Shown: piece by piece, positions 1 through 12,863 of the stretch
How positions within the stretch are numbered: position 1 is the first letter of the stretch
How the letters are laid out: each line of letters starts with the position of its first letter
Source: Tubulanus polymorphus
Lineage: Eukaryota; Animalia; Nemertea
NCBI RefSeq assembly: GCF_964204645.1
Contig: NC_134029.1
Location: 15,928,950-15,992,949 of the forward strand
Length of the DNA stretch: 64,000 bases
Reading direction: 5' to 3'
The notes under the pieces: model-generated
What the model was told of the DNA's origin: nothing
The model's database searches: none
Seen by the model: the letters and a program-made list of their open reading frames with translations, nothing else
Position numbers and translations under genes: made by a program

Positions 1-1197
1 CAATTTCAATATTCGACGCCCCCTGGTGACCATATACAAGAACCAATGACCTTGAAACTAACCACAATCATAGAACATGTCAGCAGCTACGATTTTATAG
101 TTGATTGTGATAAAAAAATATGCCTCGTTACCAATTTAATATGGAAATACTAAGTAATTCTACTATTCAACGCCCCCTGGTGACCATATTCAAAACCCAA
201 TAACCTTGTCACTCATCACAATCAAAGAACCTGTCATGAACAACAACTTTGCAATTGATCATGGTAACAAAATATGCCTAGGTACCAATATAATAAGGAA
301 ATACTAGGTAATCCTACTATTCAACGCCCCCTGGTGACCATGTAGAAAACTTATTTCCTAAAAACTCAACACAATCATAGACGATGTCATGAGCTACAAC
401 TTTGCAATTGCTCGTGGTGACAAAATATTTATTGGTACAAATATAATTTAGAAATACTAAGATATCGTATTATTCAGCGCCCCCTGGTGGCCATATTAAA
501 AAACCAATGAACTTGAAACTCACCACAAACATAGAACACGTTACATTATAAGCTACAACCTTCTAATTCATTGTTGTAACAAAATATGCTTAGGTATCAA
601 TATAATGTCGAAAAACTTATTCCCACCTACGAATGAGTACTAATGACACCAAGATGGCCACCAATTGCATCATAATTGGCTGATCAAAAAATACCTGTCT
701 CAGGTATTTAACATCCCTTTCCAAAGAATACACATCAGCAATTGCAATGAGAAATGGCAAACCAGTAGGAAGCTACAGGACTCAGAATTCGGGCCAAAAT
801 TGACATTTATGGGCACTTAAAAGGTCCTAGGACAACCATCTTGAGTCCGGTCGACCCAATTTGTGTTATGCTGATGGGCCCTGGGAGGGGTCAAATATAC
901 ATAAAAGATCAAGGTTATTGATCAAAGCGTCTTCAAGCTTTCCCTCAAAAAGTTCAAAAACGTGTAAAAAGTGCTGATTTTGACGAACAACAATGGCTGC
1001 CAGTCGGCCATCTTGATTCTGACAGGGCCGGTTTTTGGGCTGAAGATGTGTCTAGGGTAGATACATGTATAACCCAAATATCAAGACATTACCTTGAAGC
1101 GTCTTCAAAACTTCCCAAAGTCTACGGCCAGACGGACGAACGGGCGGACGAAAAGTGAACGCAATAGCCTGCTGGGACTAAAGTCCAAAGTGGGCTA
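1..1197 (-). mobile_element. Non-autonomous Helentron-type element (HINE) with ~154-bp internal tandem repeats, truncated by the window edge
   Basis: Minus-strand 5' end TTTTAGCCCAC..GGACTTTAGTCCC..GGCTA hairpin, then a GTCC-type microsatellite (~1130-1150). Unit 'ttcaacgccccctggtgaccatat' recurs at ~12, 166, 320 and 473. Near-identical copy at 4445-5964. Confidence 0.75.
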
Positions 1198-1342
1198 AAA
1201 AGGGGAGGGGCTTGTGTAAAAAAAATGTGTCCATGTCTTTTGTGTCAAGGCTTCATTCATCAAGATGAGAGTGTGATAGAGTGAGAATTATTTACTGTAA
1301 GCTGGCGCACTCTTTGGGTGTTTGTGAAATCACAGTTGAATT

Positions 1343-1903
1343 CCTGGAGGTGTTGTCAGTCTCTAGAATTCTGCCATGTAGACAGGATATTCTGTGTTTT
1401 TGAAATAAAGTTTCCTGTACGTATGCAAAAAACTTAATCTTATTTAGGTAAGTTGTTTTACGTAGATATCATATAATTAATGTTGATGCTGTATTTGTAG
1501 GCCTTGTCATTGAAATTAGATGTGTTTAATGGAATTGTTGAAATTCCTTTATGAAATCAAATTTCCCGCCATTTCTGTATGCTAATTGAGTAGGTTAGAA
1601 AGTGGTCTCCTATCAGAATATTGTAATGTAAATATCTATCTAATGTTTGAAAATAGAGTTATAAATAAGTCCAAAGAGCTGATCAATAAGTGTGATATAT
1701 AATATGTAAGTTACTTTATTGTTTCGAGGACAATTTAGAGAAGATGTTGTGAGATACCGTTGTTTTAGTATCGAGATAAAACGTATATAAGTTAAATAGA
1801 TACTGGAGGTTGTCAGTCTTTAGAATTCTGCCATGTAGGCAGGATATTCTGTGTTTTTGAAATAAAGTTTCCTGTATATATACAAAAAACTTAATCTTAT
1901 TTA
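1343..1903. repeat. ~105-bp direct repeat pair (about 1343-1447 and 1803-1903)
   Basis: 'ctggagg(tg)ttgtcagtct.tagaattctgccatgtag.caggatattctgtg...aatcttatttag' occurs twice; origin unresolved. Confidence 0.7.
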
Positions 1904-2513
1904 GATTAACTTATGCGATCGGTAACTCGAGAGAAGAAACGGCTGGTCAACTGCCACGGCAGTTGGTAGTTGTCTGTTGGTAGCAGTCTCCCCGGTCAAA
2001 TTGGTTCATAAATCTCAGTTGCGGAGTAGGAATCACAAGAATTATAATCGTCCAACGATCGGAGAAATCCCACCCTGTGACAGTTGTACAGCGCCCCCTA
2101 AAGGTAAAATTAGGAGAATGGCTAGATTTTTAGCACTTGGCCCAAAGTCCAAATTTCGTCAAGATCGGATAATGATTGTAGGACAAGTAGCGATTCAAAA
2201 AAAGCGCAACCTGTACAGCGCCCCAAGAGATTAAATTTGGACAAGCGTGAGCTGTATTCATTGTAACCTGGACATATTTTGATTTCCTTGGAGCAAATAT
2301 TATTTTTCCTGACAGCAATCTCATTAAAAGACACGTAGTAGAATCGTCTTTGATTAACACTCACGACGATTGCTCTGTCAATCTCAACTTCAACTTTAAT
2401 TCAATTCCATTTATAGAAAATGAGTGACGGATGAAAGATGAGATAATTGTTGTCTGGTGCTATGCCAGAATGGGCTAAAAAAGACCAAACGATAGTGAAA
2501 CTAAATACTTTAC

Positions 2514-5500
2514 CAGGTATGTGAAGGTTTCCAAAGCTGTATCCAGCAGTTCCAGCTACTACATGTGCACCAATACCAGTTGCTTGTACATCACGAATAC
2601 GACCGCCAGTTCCAGTATTAGCTCCAGGAAATGGTGCAACACCTGTAAGGAACCAGGGAATTCTACATTCAGGTATTCATGAATAAAATACATATGTTGA
2701 GAGAGATAATGAATACCTGTAGGGAAGTTATGAGTTTCTGCTGTGAATACAATGTGTCTGCTGAGCGCCCTTTCGATAAATCGTGATGATTGTGAAGCAC
2801 ATTCAGGGTATAAAACTGCAACATTTTTTCCTTCAATACAACTACATCAAGAACTAAAATATAGCTACACAGCAGGTATAACAGGTTTTCTGCATTAACA
2901 ATTGAGTCTGTTACTTTGGAAGCAAAAAAAAATCTGCATTGAAATCATATGTCCAAACTGATGTCCTGAGCACAATCCCGTAATTGTGATTATCGAATTC
3001 AACCTGTTCTGTTCAATCAAAGGAAATATTTGTGTAAAAGTAACGCAAAAAATTTGTATTTCTTTCAAACGGCAAAGGAAAAATAGGTGACAATTGGAAC
3101 ATACATCAGAGATGAGAACGCCGACCTATAAAATCCGCGGTTTCTTTTTTTGTTGAGTTACACACGCGAACCAGCTGAGGGCGTAGCCATCAGCACTCGC
3201 GAGCGCCTTTTTGGACTATTTGGAAAATTGATATTTTTCAATACCGAAATCCGCGGGAAACTGCGGATCCGCGGGGAATTCTCATCTCTGATACATACCC
3301 TCTAAGCGGTGTGATCAGTATGCACAATAGGGAGCATTTATTGATTACTAGAAAAGCGATAAAGCGATGACTCAACTTGTTGAACTGCACAGTTGATGGT
3401 GCAAATAATAATAGTCGCTGCAGTAGTCACGATCTGTTAAGGCTCTGTCGAGCCTTAAAATGCAGTCGGAGTGACCATCTAGAACAAAGTGATTGTTTTC
3501 TAACGGTCGCAGTGACGGTTTTAATACAGGAGAGGGTTAACTGCATGTTATTGCTCATGTATTAAATCGTTAATTGGACGACAAGACTACCCTACCTGCT
3601 GTTATCAGAGAATTTGATCAAATTGTTCTGATTGCTTGCTCTCTGAGTGCTCATAACCATTTGAAACAAAGACAGCTCATCTTCTTTACCGTCAACTACC
3701 ATTCTACCCTTGAAAAACCAATGTCTGCTATGTTCACTGAAATTCATTATGCCATATCAATCTAATTAATCCATTACTAGAGAAATCTCCGTGGAAACCA
3801 CGGGTGATTTCTTTTGGCCCAGAACTTCAAACTGTTCAATTTATTGGCAATGGAATTTAGTCGGGCCATTTAAAATCTATGTGTCCATGTCCGTGGAGAC
3901 CATATGAGCTTTGATGACCTGTACCCGTGGAGACCAGGAACTACTGGAGGTGAACAAAATATAAAAGGAGCTATGCGGGACTCGAACTCCTGACCTGTCA
4001 GCTGCAAGTCTTGTGTTCTACTTACTGGGCCATTGTGCAGCATAATGAAGCTGCACTGTAAAATTGTTTTGATACAGCGAGTCTATTATAAGAATTCCAG
4101 CTTACCGATTGGCTGAAATTTTGTCTGCCCTATGAATATGTTCACATCCGTTTATACCCGTTGCATTAGTTTAGGGACCGTTCATTAAGAACATACGCAA
4201 AAAATAGGACCTTTTTTTAAGGTCCTACCTTGGGTATGCACACCGGACTATGTTGCCGATGACCTCCTACCTTACATACACAATGCAAAGATTGATCGTT
4301 TAGTATAAAACATTAACAAACAACTCTTGTCTACTGGTCTGTTTACTATAGTATAAATGAATTATATTATGTGAGACTTTCACTATCGCGCCATAAAGCT
4401 TGCGAGGACCCTCTTGGAGGAATTTACTAGGATGCATCCTTTTAACCAGGGGCCCAGAGACGCCATGCCCACCTGGGAAGTGGTTTCAAATGCTCAACAA
4501 TCTTAACAATTTCAATATTTAACGCCCCCTGGTGACCATATACAAAAACCAATGATCTTGAAACTCACCACAATCATAGACCATGTCATGAGCTACAACT
4601 TTGCAATTGATTGTGGTAACAAAATATGCATAAGTACGAATATTATATAAATACTAAGTAATTGTATTATTCAACGCCCCCTGGTGGCCATATAAACTAG
4701 GGGTCCAGGGACGCCATGCCCACTTGGGAAGTGGTTTCAAATGCTCAACAATCTAACAATTTCAATATTCAACGCCGTCTGGTGACCATATACAAAAACC
4801 AATGACCTTGAAACTCAATACAATCATAAAACATGTCAGCAGCTACGATTTTGTAATTGATTGTGATAACAAACAATGCCTCGTTGACAATTTAATATGG
4901 AAATACTAAGTTATTCTACTATTCAACGCCCCCTGGTGACCATATTCAAAACCCAATAACCTTGTAACTCACCATATTCATAGAACATGTCATGAACTAC
5001 AACTTTGCAATTGATGATGGTAACAAAATATGCCTAGGTACCAATATAATAAGGAAATACCAGGTTATTCTACTATTCAACGCTCCCTGGTGACCATATA
5101 CATTAACTAATGTCCTTAAAACTCACCATAATCATGGAAGATGTCATGAGCTACAACTTTGCAATTGATTGCGGTAACAAAATATGTATTGGTACAAATA
5201 TAATATAGAAATACTAAGATATTGTATTATTCAACGCCCCCTGGTGGCCATATACAAAAAACAATGAACTTGAAACTCACCCCAATCATAGAACACGTTA
5301 TACGCTACAACTTTCTAATTCATTGTTGTAGCAAAATATGCTTAGGTATCAATATAATGTCGAAAAACTTTTTCCCACCTACAAATAAGTACTAATGACA
5401 CCAAGATGGCCACCAATTGCATCATAATTGGCGGATCAAAAATACCTGTCTCGGCTATAAAACATCCCTTTACAAAGAATACCCATCACAAATTACAATG

Positions 5501-7620
5501 AGAAATGGCAAACCAGTAGGAAGCTACAGGACCTAGAATTCTGGCCAAATTTGTCATTTTTGGGCACTAAAAAGGTCATAGGACAGCCATCTTGAGTCAG
5601 ATGGACCCAATTTTTCTTATGCTGATGGGCCCTTGGTAGATTCAAATATAATCGAAAGATCAAGGTAATTGATCAGAGCGTCTTCAAATTTACCTCAAAA
5701 AATTCGTAAATGTGTAAAAAGTGCTGATTTTGGCGAACAACAATGACTGCCAGTCGGCCATCTTGATTCTGATAGGGCCAGTTTTTAGGCTGAAGATGTG
5801 TCTAGGTTAGATACATGTGTAACCCAAATATCAAGACATTACATTGAAGCGTCTTCAAAACTTCCTAAAATAACTGGATTCGGTCTACAGACGGACGAAG
5901 GAACGGACGACAGACAAAAAGTGAACGCAAATAGGCCGCGGGGACTTAAGTCCCAATTGGGCTAAAAAAAAGGGCAATGAATTCATCATTTTGTTCCAGA
6001 CTCATGGCTGAACTACTACCTGGATCAAGTAACCAGGCTACTACGAGATTATACAGTAGAAATTAGTGCACTTCCATTTATTAAGTGCGTACGCTTTGTG
6101 TAAATAGCTACCTAGCTTCGTACACAGATCGTACGCTCTTGCCGTTGAGGCCCTACCTAGGGCTTGTGTATGTACTTAATAAACAGTCCCTTATACAATG
6201 ATTGACTACCACACAAAATTTCAAGGCCCAATTCTTCTCCACAGCGATGCTATTTGGTACATAGTTTTGTATTAATTTAAAGATGGTAAAAACACCAATT
6301 GCCAGTCCATAAAAATCTATGTTTGGAAATTATCAGGTTTTTATCTGGGTGTGCTTAGCGAGACATACTAGGGAGTTTAGGATAAAAAGCTTTAAGCAAC
6401 AAACCTATTAGATTGAGCAAGGTCAAAACATTCAACATTTGTTGGATTCCTCTTCAACTTTTTCATGAACATATCGCAGTAGTAATCCAAATCCCAAGCA
6501 TCCAATGCCAAACCTAGTTTAAAATAATACGAAAAAATCACAAACATTTAAAAATCCAGGTCCAAGGACCCTTGTCCTCTTGAAAATTGAATGATTACCC
6601 ATTTCAGCATTGGCTTTTTCTAGAGCTTTACGCCCTTCTCCGATGACATTAACTTCATATACACGTTCCTTTGAAACATACGTTTCAAAGCATTCGATAG
6701 GTGTAAAATATCGACATTCTGTCATTCTATCATGAATCACCGACACAATAGCACACTCCAAATCATTGCTTATATGCAATGTTTCACTTGCCAAATTATA
6801 TCTGGTTGAAAACTCTACTCTGTTAACATACTTAAGACCAACTGAATGAAATATAGACACCGCGTTCGTTGAAAAAGGAGTCGAGAAATTTAACCTGAAG
6901 TAAAAAAAAATACTTAAAATGTTGTTACTGAAATTATCAAACTGAATAAGCATTAACACGACAGATTAGACCTTGGACCAATTTCAACAACAATTGATCT
7001 CATTCCATCTTTCCTTCTAATAAAACTGTGTTGTGCAAGGTTAGATTCTTGAAAAGGAATGGACAACATCCACATTATCAAATTCATATCGCTAACTGGA
7101 ATTTCTACAAAAAAAAAAAAACATAACTTATGTTACATAACGGAGAACTTAAAGAACTGCAGGGACATTTTCTAAACATCCATATGTACTTGAAACTTTT
7201 ATAGATACAAATGATACATAATTCCCAAAAGGAAAAGAACATTTTTCTATCCTCGATAAACTTAGTTTTGTAGAGCCTCGGGCAGCCATTATCTCCTGTG
7301 AAAAACTACAAGAGACGTGCATCAGGATTTTTTCCAGGAAGGGGTTCATAAAAATCGTTGATGTTAAACTGCCGATGGGCTATTTTCATCACTTCCAATG
7401 CACATAAATGGTAATGGTGATTATGACTTAAAACTTTCAATCGAAAAATTCAGAGGTGAAGGGTATATATACCTTGAACAATAGTTTCAATATAGAAACA
7501 CAGTTCTGTATTATGTATTCTCACAGAATTACTGACTGTCACTTCAGATATCTTATTCTGCATTAGATCTAGCCTTCCAGAACTCATAGCTGGCTGCCGG
7601 TAGAACCTATGAACATACAT
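2514..7620 (-). CDS. PFAS: Phosphoribosylformylglycinamidine synthase (FGAM synthase), first 7 coding exons; gene continues beyond the left edge
   Basis: Exons 7620-7473, 7104-6972, 6894-6599, 6513-6405, 3736-3596, 2841-2717 and 2642-2514, all GT-AG and in phase. They splice to [10 protein letters not shown]...[15 protein letters not shown]...HDRMTE...[26 protein letters not shown]...[45 protein letters not shown], the diagnostic PurL motifs. Confidence 0.96.
3107..3290. mobile_element. 184-bp MITE with hAT-like CAG..CTG ends, in a PFAS intron
   Basis: 12-bp TIR cagagatgagaa/ttctcatctctg; flanking duplication atacat at 3101-3106 and 3291-3296. Confidence 0.75.
3777..4092 (-). mobile_element. 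Probable short non-autonomous Helitron containing a tRNA-like segment
   Basis: Minus-strand 3' hairpin CCGTGG-TTT-CCACGG followed by CTAG|T; 5' TCTATAATAG; B-box-like GTTCGAGTCCC at ~3977-3987. Confidence 0.5.
4174..6190. mobile_element. PIF/Harbinger-like MITE with a nested HINE
   Basis: Imperfect TIR gggaccgttcattaagaacatac / gtatgtacttaataaacagtccc; TTA TSD at 4171-4173 and 6191-6193. Confidence 0.75.
4445..5964 (-). mobile_element. Full-length HINE, same family as 1-1197
   Basis: 5' TTTTAGCCCAATTGGGACTTAAGTCCC hairpin, microsatellite and ~154-bp tandem units; 3' end CCCAGGTGGGC..CTGGGCCCCTGGTT; inserted in an A/T run without a TSD. Confidence 0.78.
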
Positions 7621-9142
7621 TCTGATAGGCCTACCTAGATGAACTGAAATAGACAATGGATCATTCAGTAGGTTGAATATTTTAACTAGCGCATATACGG
7701 TAAACAGCCATACATTGAAGAAAATGAGGGTGTAAAACTGTTCAACGTCTTCAGATTGGATATTCAACATTGAAAATGACAACAATATGAAATTGGTAAA
7801 ATATATCAATGGAATTTAAAGCTAAAGCTTTTCCTAATAGCGCAGCGTTACAGAGATATTTTCAGTAACATCTGTAGGCTAAAGGTCATCTGCCCTAACT
7901 AACAAATCTAGATGTCTAGCAAGCTGATACGCAAGACACTGTTTTACTGTTTCTGGGCTCACTTCAGTTTTCGGGCACTATTCTACTTCCTAGGACCCTC
8001 ATAACAAAAATCTAAAATACTGGAATCGTTAAACCCGAAATGAATATAAACTTTAAACCCTGTTGGATTATTTATAAAGAGTGTGTATACGGCTACAATT
8101 CGATTTATCAGAATTCAGCCTCAGAAAATTATCACAAAATTAATGCCCTGCATTTTTTACTATTCTTTCAGCAATTTGCGTTCAGTTAGCCTATGTTTTT
8201 TTTTGCTAAATTCAGAATATAGGCCTATGTACAGAAATCCCAGATTTCACAACACAACAAAACAATAACAGTTCAAAAGTCTGATTTCAATGGCTCCAAG
8301 CGGTCCGCTTGATTTGTTTCCATGTTTTAAGGCATAATGAAGGCTCTAAAAATAGTAAAATGCAATGACAACGATCCTACTGATTGTGAACAAAGGATTT
8401 ATTCAGTGGACAAGACTGCCTATATCACAGGGTATGAATACCATTTTAATTGGTATAGACTAGTTGACTCAAAATGTTACAAAAGTTAGGATTCTCACCG
8501 AGCCCTATTCAATTAATTACTAAAACATTTTGATATCTGGCCTCGATTAAGAGACACAACTGTATTTTTGCGTTTTCTCATCAATTTTCAAGTTCAGCCA
8601 AAACAATTTTCAAACTATAAATACAAATTTCAGTACATGAATTTGCCTGCCTGGATGTATGATTTTACGCTTATGCAATATGATGAAATTTCGGAGTATT
8701 ATTCATGAAATATCTTCCTCATTACAAATGTATTTTCATCGAGCGATTAAGGATCTATTACATGTCATTCTAATCTGGTAACACCTAACTAATGGGATCG
8801 ATTCTCCTTCAAAGATAGCTGTATAATTGTTGAGTAACGATCATCTTTATACTAAATTAATATCCGTCCAGAATCTTAGGTATATATTCTAGTTTCAACA
8901 AATCCATCAGCATGCAATTTGGGTAATGTTTTAGAGCATCCACGAAACGGAAGTGATATTGGAAGAAACAAAATGGCTGCCCTTTGAATCACTGAAGGGT
9001 TAGACCATAAGGTCCAGGGTTAAGAGGGTCAGGGGTTAGGGTCAAGAGGGTCCTTAGGGTTAGGTTCCGTTATGTATTATAACAGGGAAGGGTTTAAGGG
9101 TAAGGCTATAGGTAAGTGGTCAAAAATTTGGGTGGATTTCCA

Positions 9143-9210
9143 GCCGCTGGGTTGGTACAGTGGTTAGAATGCTACACTCGTACTCTTGAGCTTATGTGTT
9201 CGAATCCCAA
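9143..9210 (+). repeat. tRNA-derived (SINE-head-like) fragment
   Basis: A-box-like TGGTACAGTGG and B-box GTTCGAATCCC; no convincing acceptor stem. Confidence 0.45.
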
Positions 9211-10206
9211 TTTTACGTTATTACTTAGATTTTTCAGTTCCCGCCTAGGTTCGCGCATGCGCATTGGCTGTTTCGTAGATGCTCTGATTGAAACATTACA
9301 CAAATTGCCTTGGGGTCTTAAGGGAAGGGGTTACAGGCCTCAAATTTGGGAAAATCGGACCTGGAGCAAGAGCATTTTACCAAAGACCATCAGCATTTTA
9401 GAATCCCAATTTGCCTCCGTAAATTGAAAAACCCACGGCAAAAAATGCTTAGAGGTAGAATAAAAGAGTTACAAACTAAAAACTAATTAAAGTCATGCTA
9501 GGGGTACTTACAATGTCAGTTATTGATTAAATAGAAAGAGTGAGAGAATCCAGAACAACATAGATACTTATTTTAGTTAGATGTGATACAAATTAGGGGT
9601 AGGCCTAGTAATAAATCATAAAATTAATAAAAGGTAAGCCATTCCAAACTTAATTTGAAGGGGATAATGCAATACTGAATTTAAGCCGATGGCAGTTTTT
9701 AGCCTTTGTCTTAATTGAGGATGTAAGAGGCTGAAAAACACTAAGCACAATAGTCGCCAAGCCAATGTGTTTATTCATTGCCGTGACTATTCTATGCATG
9801 CAATTATTGAAACCTATATAGACAGACACACGCGCGGCTCACTGCTGACGCCGCCCGTATTTCTTATAGATGTATTCTGGGCATTGTTTATCAGTAAATC
9901 TGGATCGATGGAGCTCTGACTGAAGTTAGATAAGATGAATAGCCTAGGTCAAGTGGCAGCGCTAAATTATATTTTATAATGCAGCGTCAAGAACTGCGGG
10001 TGATTGACGGCTGACCTATATTGGGAACCAGGTGTGCCGTGGGTCATTTATATCCCCTATGGCAATAATAGAAATAAATTCACCAACGGCATTTCATTGC
10101 CGCCGGTAAGGAGACTAACCGGCAGCAGTGGTTGTGTAGCCAGTGGCAAATGCCGCCGCTGCCACCGTTAATTTCGAGGCCTGGGTTAATTCGACCCCAA
10201 GGAGGC

Positions 10207-10761
10207 CACAGGGGCTCGTATCAGAGTTGTAGGTAATGTAAAAACGATAATCTGTTAATCCAATGTATATGGTATATATAATATAACAAGGGGGCTAACG
10301 ACGCTCACAAACTACAATCAACTTCAGTCGCTTACTATTTCGTTATTTCTCATCCAATTTTGATAATCCGGGCATGATATGAAAGCTAATAGCTTCCTGC
10401 TTCTAACGAAACTAATCCCGTTAACTTCCGATGAATAGTTCGTGAATTATGTCTTTGAACGCGAAATTAGGGCCGAAATCGCCTGGACCGAAAATGCTAT
10501 GACGCCGGTTTTTGCCGATTTCGAAATTTAAAACGTTGGAAGTTAACGGAATTAGTTTCGTTAGAAGTAGCAAGCTATTAGCTTTCATATCATGCCCGGA
10601 TTATCAAAATTGGATGAGAAATAACGAAATAGTAAGCGACTGAAGTTGATTGTAGTTTGTGAGCGTCGTTAGCCCCCTTGTTGTTATTTTATATATACTA
10701 TACATTGGATTAACAGATTATCGTTTTTACATTACCTACAACTCTGATACGAGCCCCTGTG
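10207..10761. mobile_element. 555-bp foldback MITE with ~220-bp inverted arms
   Basis: cacaggggctcgtatcagag... at 10207 is the reverse complement of ...ctctgatacgagcccctgtg ending at 10761; no clean TSD. Confidence 0.8.
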
Positions 10762-11158
10762 AAGCAGCCCTTGCACCAGGCAACAATTAGGCCTATATAC
10801 CGGGCTGTAGCTCTTGAATAGTTCCGTCACCCTTTGAATGGGGTAGAGACCGGGAACCAGTCTACGTTGCCGCCGAGTCGGGTACCGCGGACGTGTGACA
10901 GACACTAGCTAGAGGCCTTTTTATGAACACTCGATTAGTATATTCAAGTATGCAAAACGTTTTTATGAGCATGGATTATGTCATAATCCGTCATTTTTAT
11001 GAACATTGGTTATCATAATCGATTAGCATACTCAGCATACTCGCTCGGCGAGCAAGTATGCCGATTATCTAATCCAACTGATATGGTGTTCTCGGTAGAA
11101 GTCGCTGCTGAGTAGACCATAATTGAATAATTTCTACCTGGCGTTTTTATCAACCAAC

Positions 11159-12863
11159 TAGTCAGTAACCTGTCTGTGGTTTAGTTTCACGATCGGATAT
11201 TTTCACAAACCACAGTCAGGAATGGGAAGGTCATTTTTGTATGAAATCTTCGTCAGCCAATTTGACTGACGAGTAATTTTCCTGGCATTTCATTGTCTCT
11301 TAAGATATCTGTCTAATTTTTGTTGTAATCGACGCACAACAGATTCGTAGTTTGTCTGATACCTATAACACCTCACCTGACGATCTTAATCCATGTGCAA
11401 ATCGGCCGTAAAGTGAGAGTAAATTTCCGTCCAGTCAACAGCTGCCATTTTGAAAATTACTGGAGGTGCTGGCACCTATGGACTGAGGCCAGGACAACAG
11501 CACAAACTAACGAAGCGAAACGACGAAATTTAAAAAAATTAAGAAATCAGTACTTATTTACATTTTTCTTTTACCAGAAATTTTATATTTCATTATTTGT
11601 TATGGAAAACACAAAGATTTGTAATAAAAGTTGGAAAACCATCAAAAATAAAAATTGTCGTTTCGTCTTGAAAGTTTTATATAAATCCTTGTAGGTCCCC
11701 TTGTCTTATCATGCCACATGTGCAATACAGAGAAATGGCGGCCAATGGCGAAATTTGTGGAGAAATTAATCAATTTCTCAAAATAATGTTGATTAATCAC
11801 TCGAAACATACATAAAATTGGATTATTTCGAAAGGTACCTGTGTTAGTTTGTGAATTAAGCCATTAATTGTGGACTGAAGTGAATAGAAAGTATATTTTT
11901 GAAGTGTTACTTTTTTCAACCGTGTTTTGGTCCTTGTCATCCCTAACGTTGGTACAAGCCTAGTTAGTTACCTAATCGTTGGTGGTAAGCTTTTTATAAT
12001 CGGATGGCTTATACCAACGTTAGGGATGACAAGGGCCAAAACACGGTTGAAAAAAGTAACACTTCAAAAATATACTTTCTATTCACTTCAGTCCACAATT
12101 AATGGCTTAATTCACAAACTAACACAGGTACCTTTCGAAATAATCCAATTTTATGTATGTTTCGAGTGATTAATCAACATTATTTTGAGAAATTAATTAA
12201 TTTCTCCACAAATTTCGCCATTGGCCGCCATTTCTCTGTATTGCACATGTGGCATGATAAGACAAGGGGACCTACAAGGATTTATATAAAACTTCCAAGA
12301 CGAAACGACAATTTTTATTTTTGATGGTTTTCCAACCTATATTTCAAATATTCGTGTTTTCCTTAATAGATAATTATATAATAATTTCTGGTAAAAGAAA
12401 AATGTGAATAAGTGTTGATTTCTTAATATTTTTCAATTTCGTCGTTTCGCTTCGTTAGTTTGTGCTGTTGTCCTGGCCTCAGTCCACAGGTGCCAGCACC
12501 TCCAGTAATTTTCAAAATGGCAGCTGTTGACTCGACGGAAATTTACTCTCACTTTACGGCCGATTTGCACATGGATTAAGATCGTCAGGTGAGGTGTTAT
12601 AGGTATCAGACAAACTACGAATCTGTTGTGCGTCGATTACAACAAAAATTAGACGGATATCTTAAGAGACAATGAAATGCCAGGCAAATTACTCGTCAGT
12701 CAAATTGGCTGACGAAGATTTCATACAAAAACGACCTTCCCATTCCTGACTGTGGTTTGTGAAAATATCCGATCGTGAAACTAAACCACAGACAGGTTAC
12801 TGACTAGTACAAGCCCATCCGATTATAAAAAGCTTACCACCAACGATTAGAGGTAACTAACTA
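11159..12863 (+). mobile_element. ~850-bp non-autonomous DNA transposon (TAG..CTA ends, 9-bp TSD), outer copy
   Basis: TIR tagtcagtaacct / aggtaactaacta; TSD tcaaccaac at 11150-11158 and 12864-12872. Confidence 0.85.
11961..12806 (-). mobile_element. Second copy of the same transposon, inserted inverted inside the first
   Basis: Ends tagttagttacct / aggttactgacta; TSD gtacaagcc at 11952-11960 and 12807-12815. Confidence 0.85.

Noticed and set aside
1910-2482. Possible further HINE (minus-strand TTTTTAGCCC end) and ORFs 1977-2364
   Set aside because: Only one end is suggestive, there is no second copy in the window, and the ORFs lack motifs.
1-5400. Regularly spaced 'caacgccccctggtgaccata' motif resembling a CRISPR array
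   Set aside because: The intervening sequences are homologous (154-bp tandem units inside HINEs); eukaryotic context; no cas genes.
6519-7809. ORF-track proteins of 146 aa and 119 aa as separate genes
   Set aside because: They are PFAS exons with intron read-through.
8997-9112. TTAGGG-like repeats as a telomere
   Set aside because: Short, degenerate and interstitial; more likely part of a repeat element.
9143-9210. Functional tRNA genes here, at ~3977-4035 and at 27455-27515
   Set aside because: A and B boxes are present but there is no paired acceptor stem or full cloverleaf.
11157-12808. Palindrome as an assembly artefact; ORFs 11395-11694 and 11927-12169 as genes
   Set aside because: The arms differ at several positions and two distinct TSDs explain the structure; the ORFs have no recognisable motifs.
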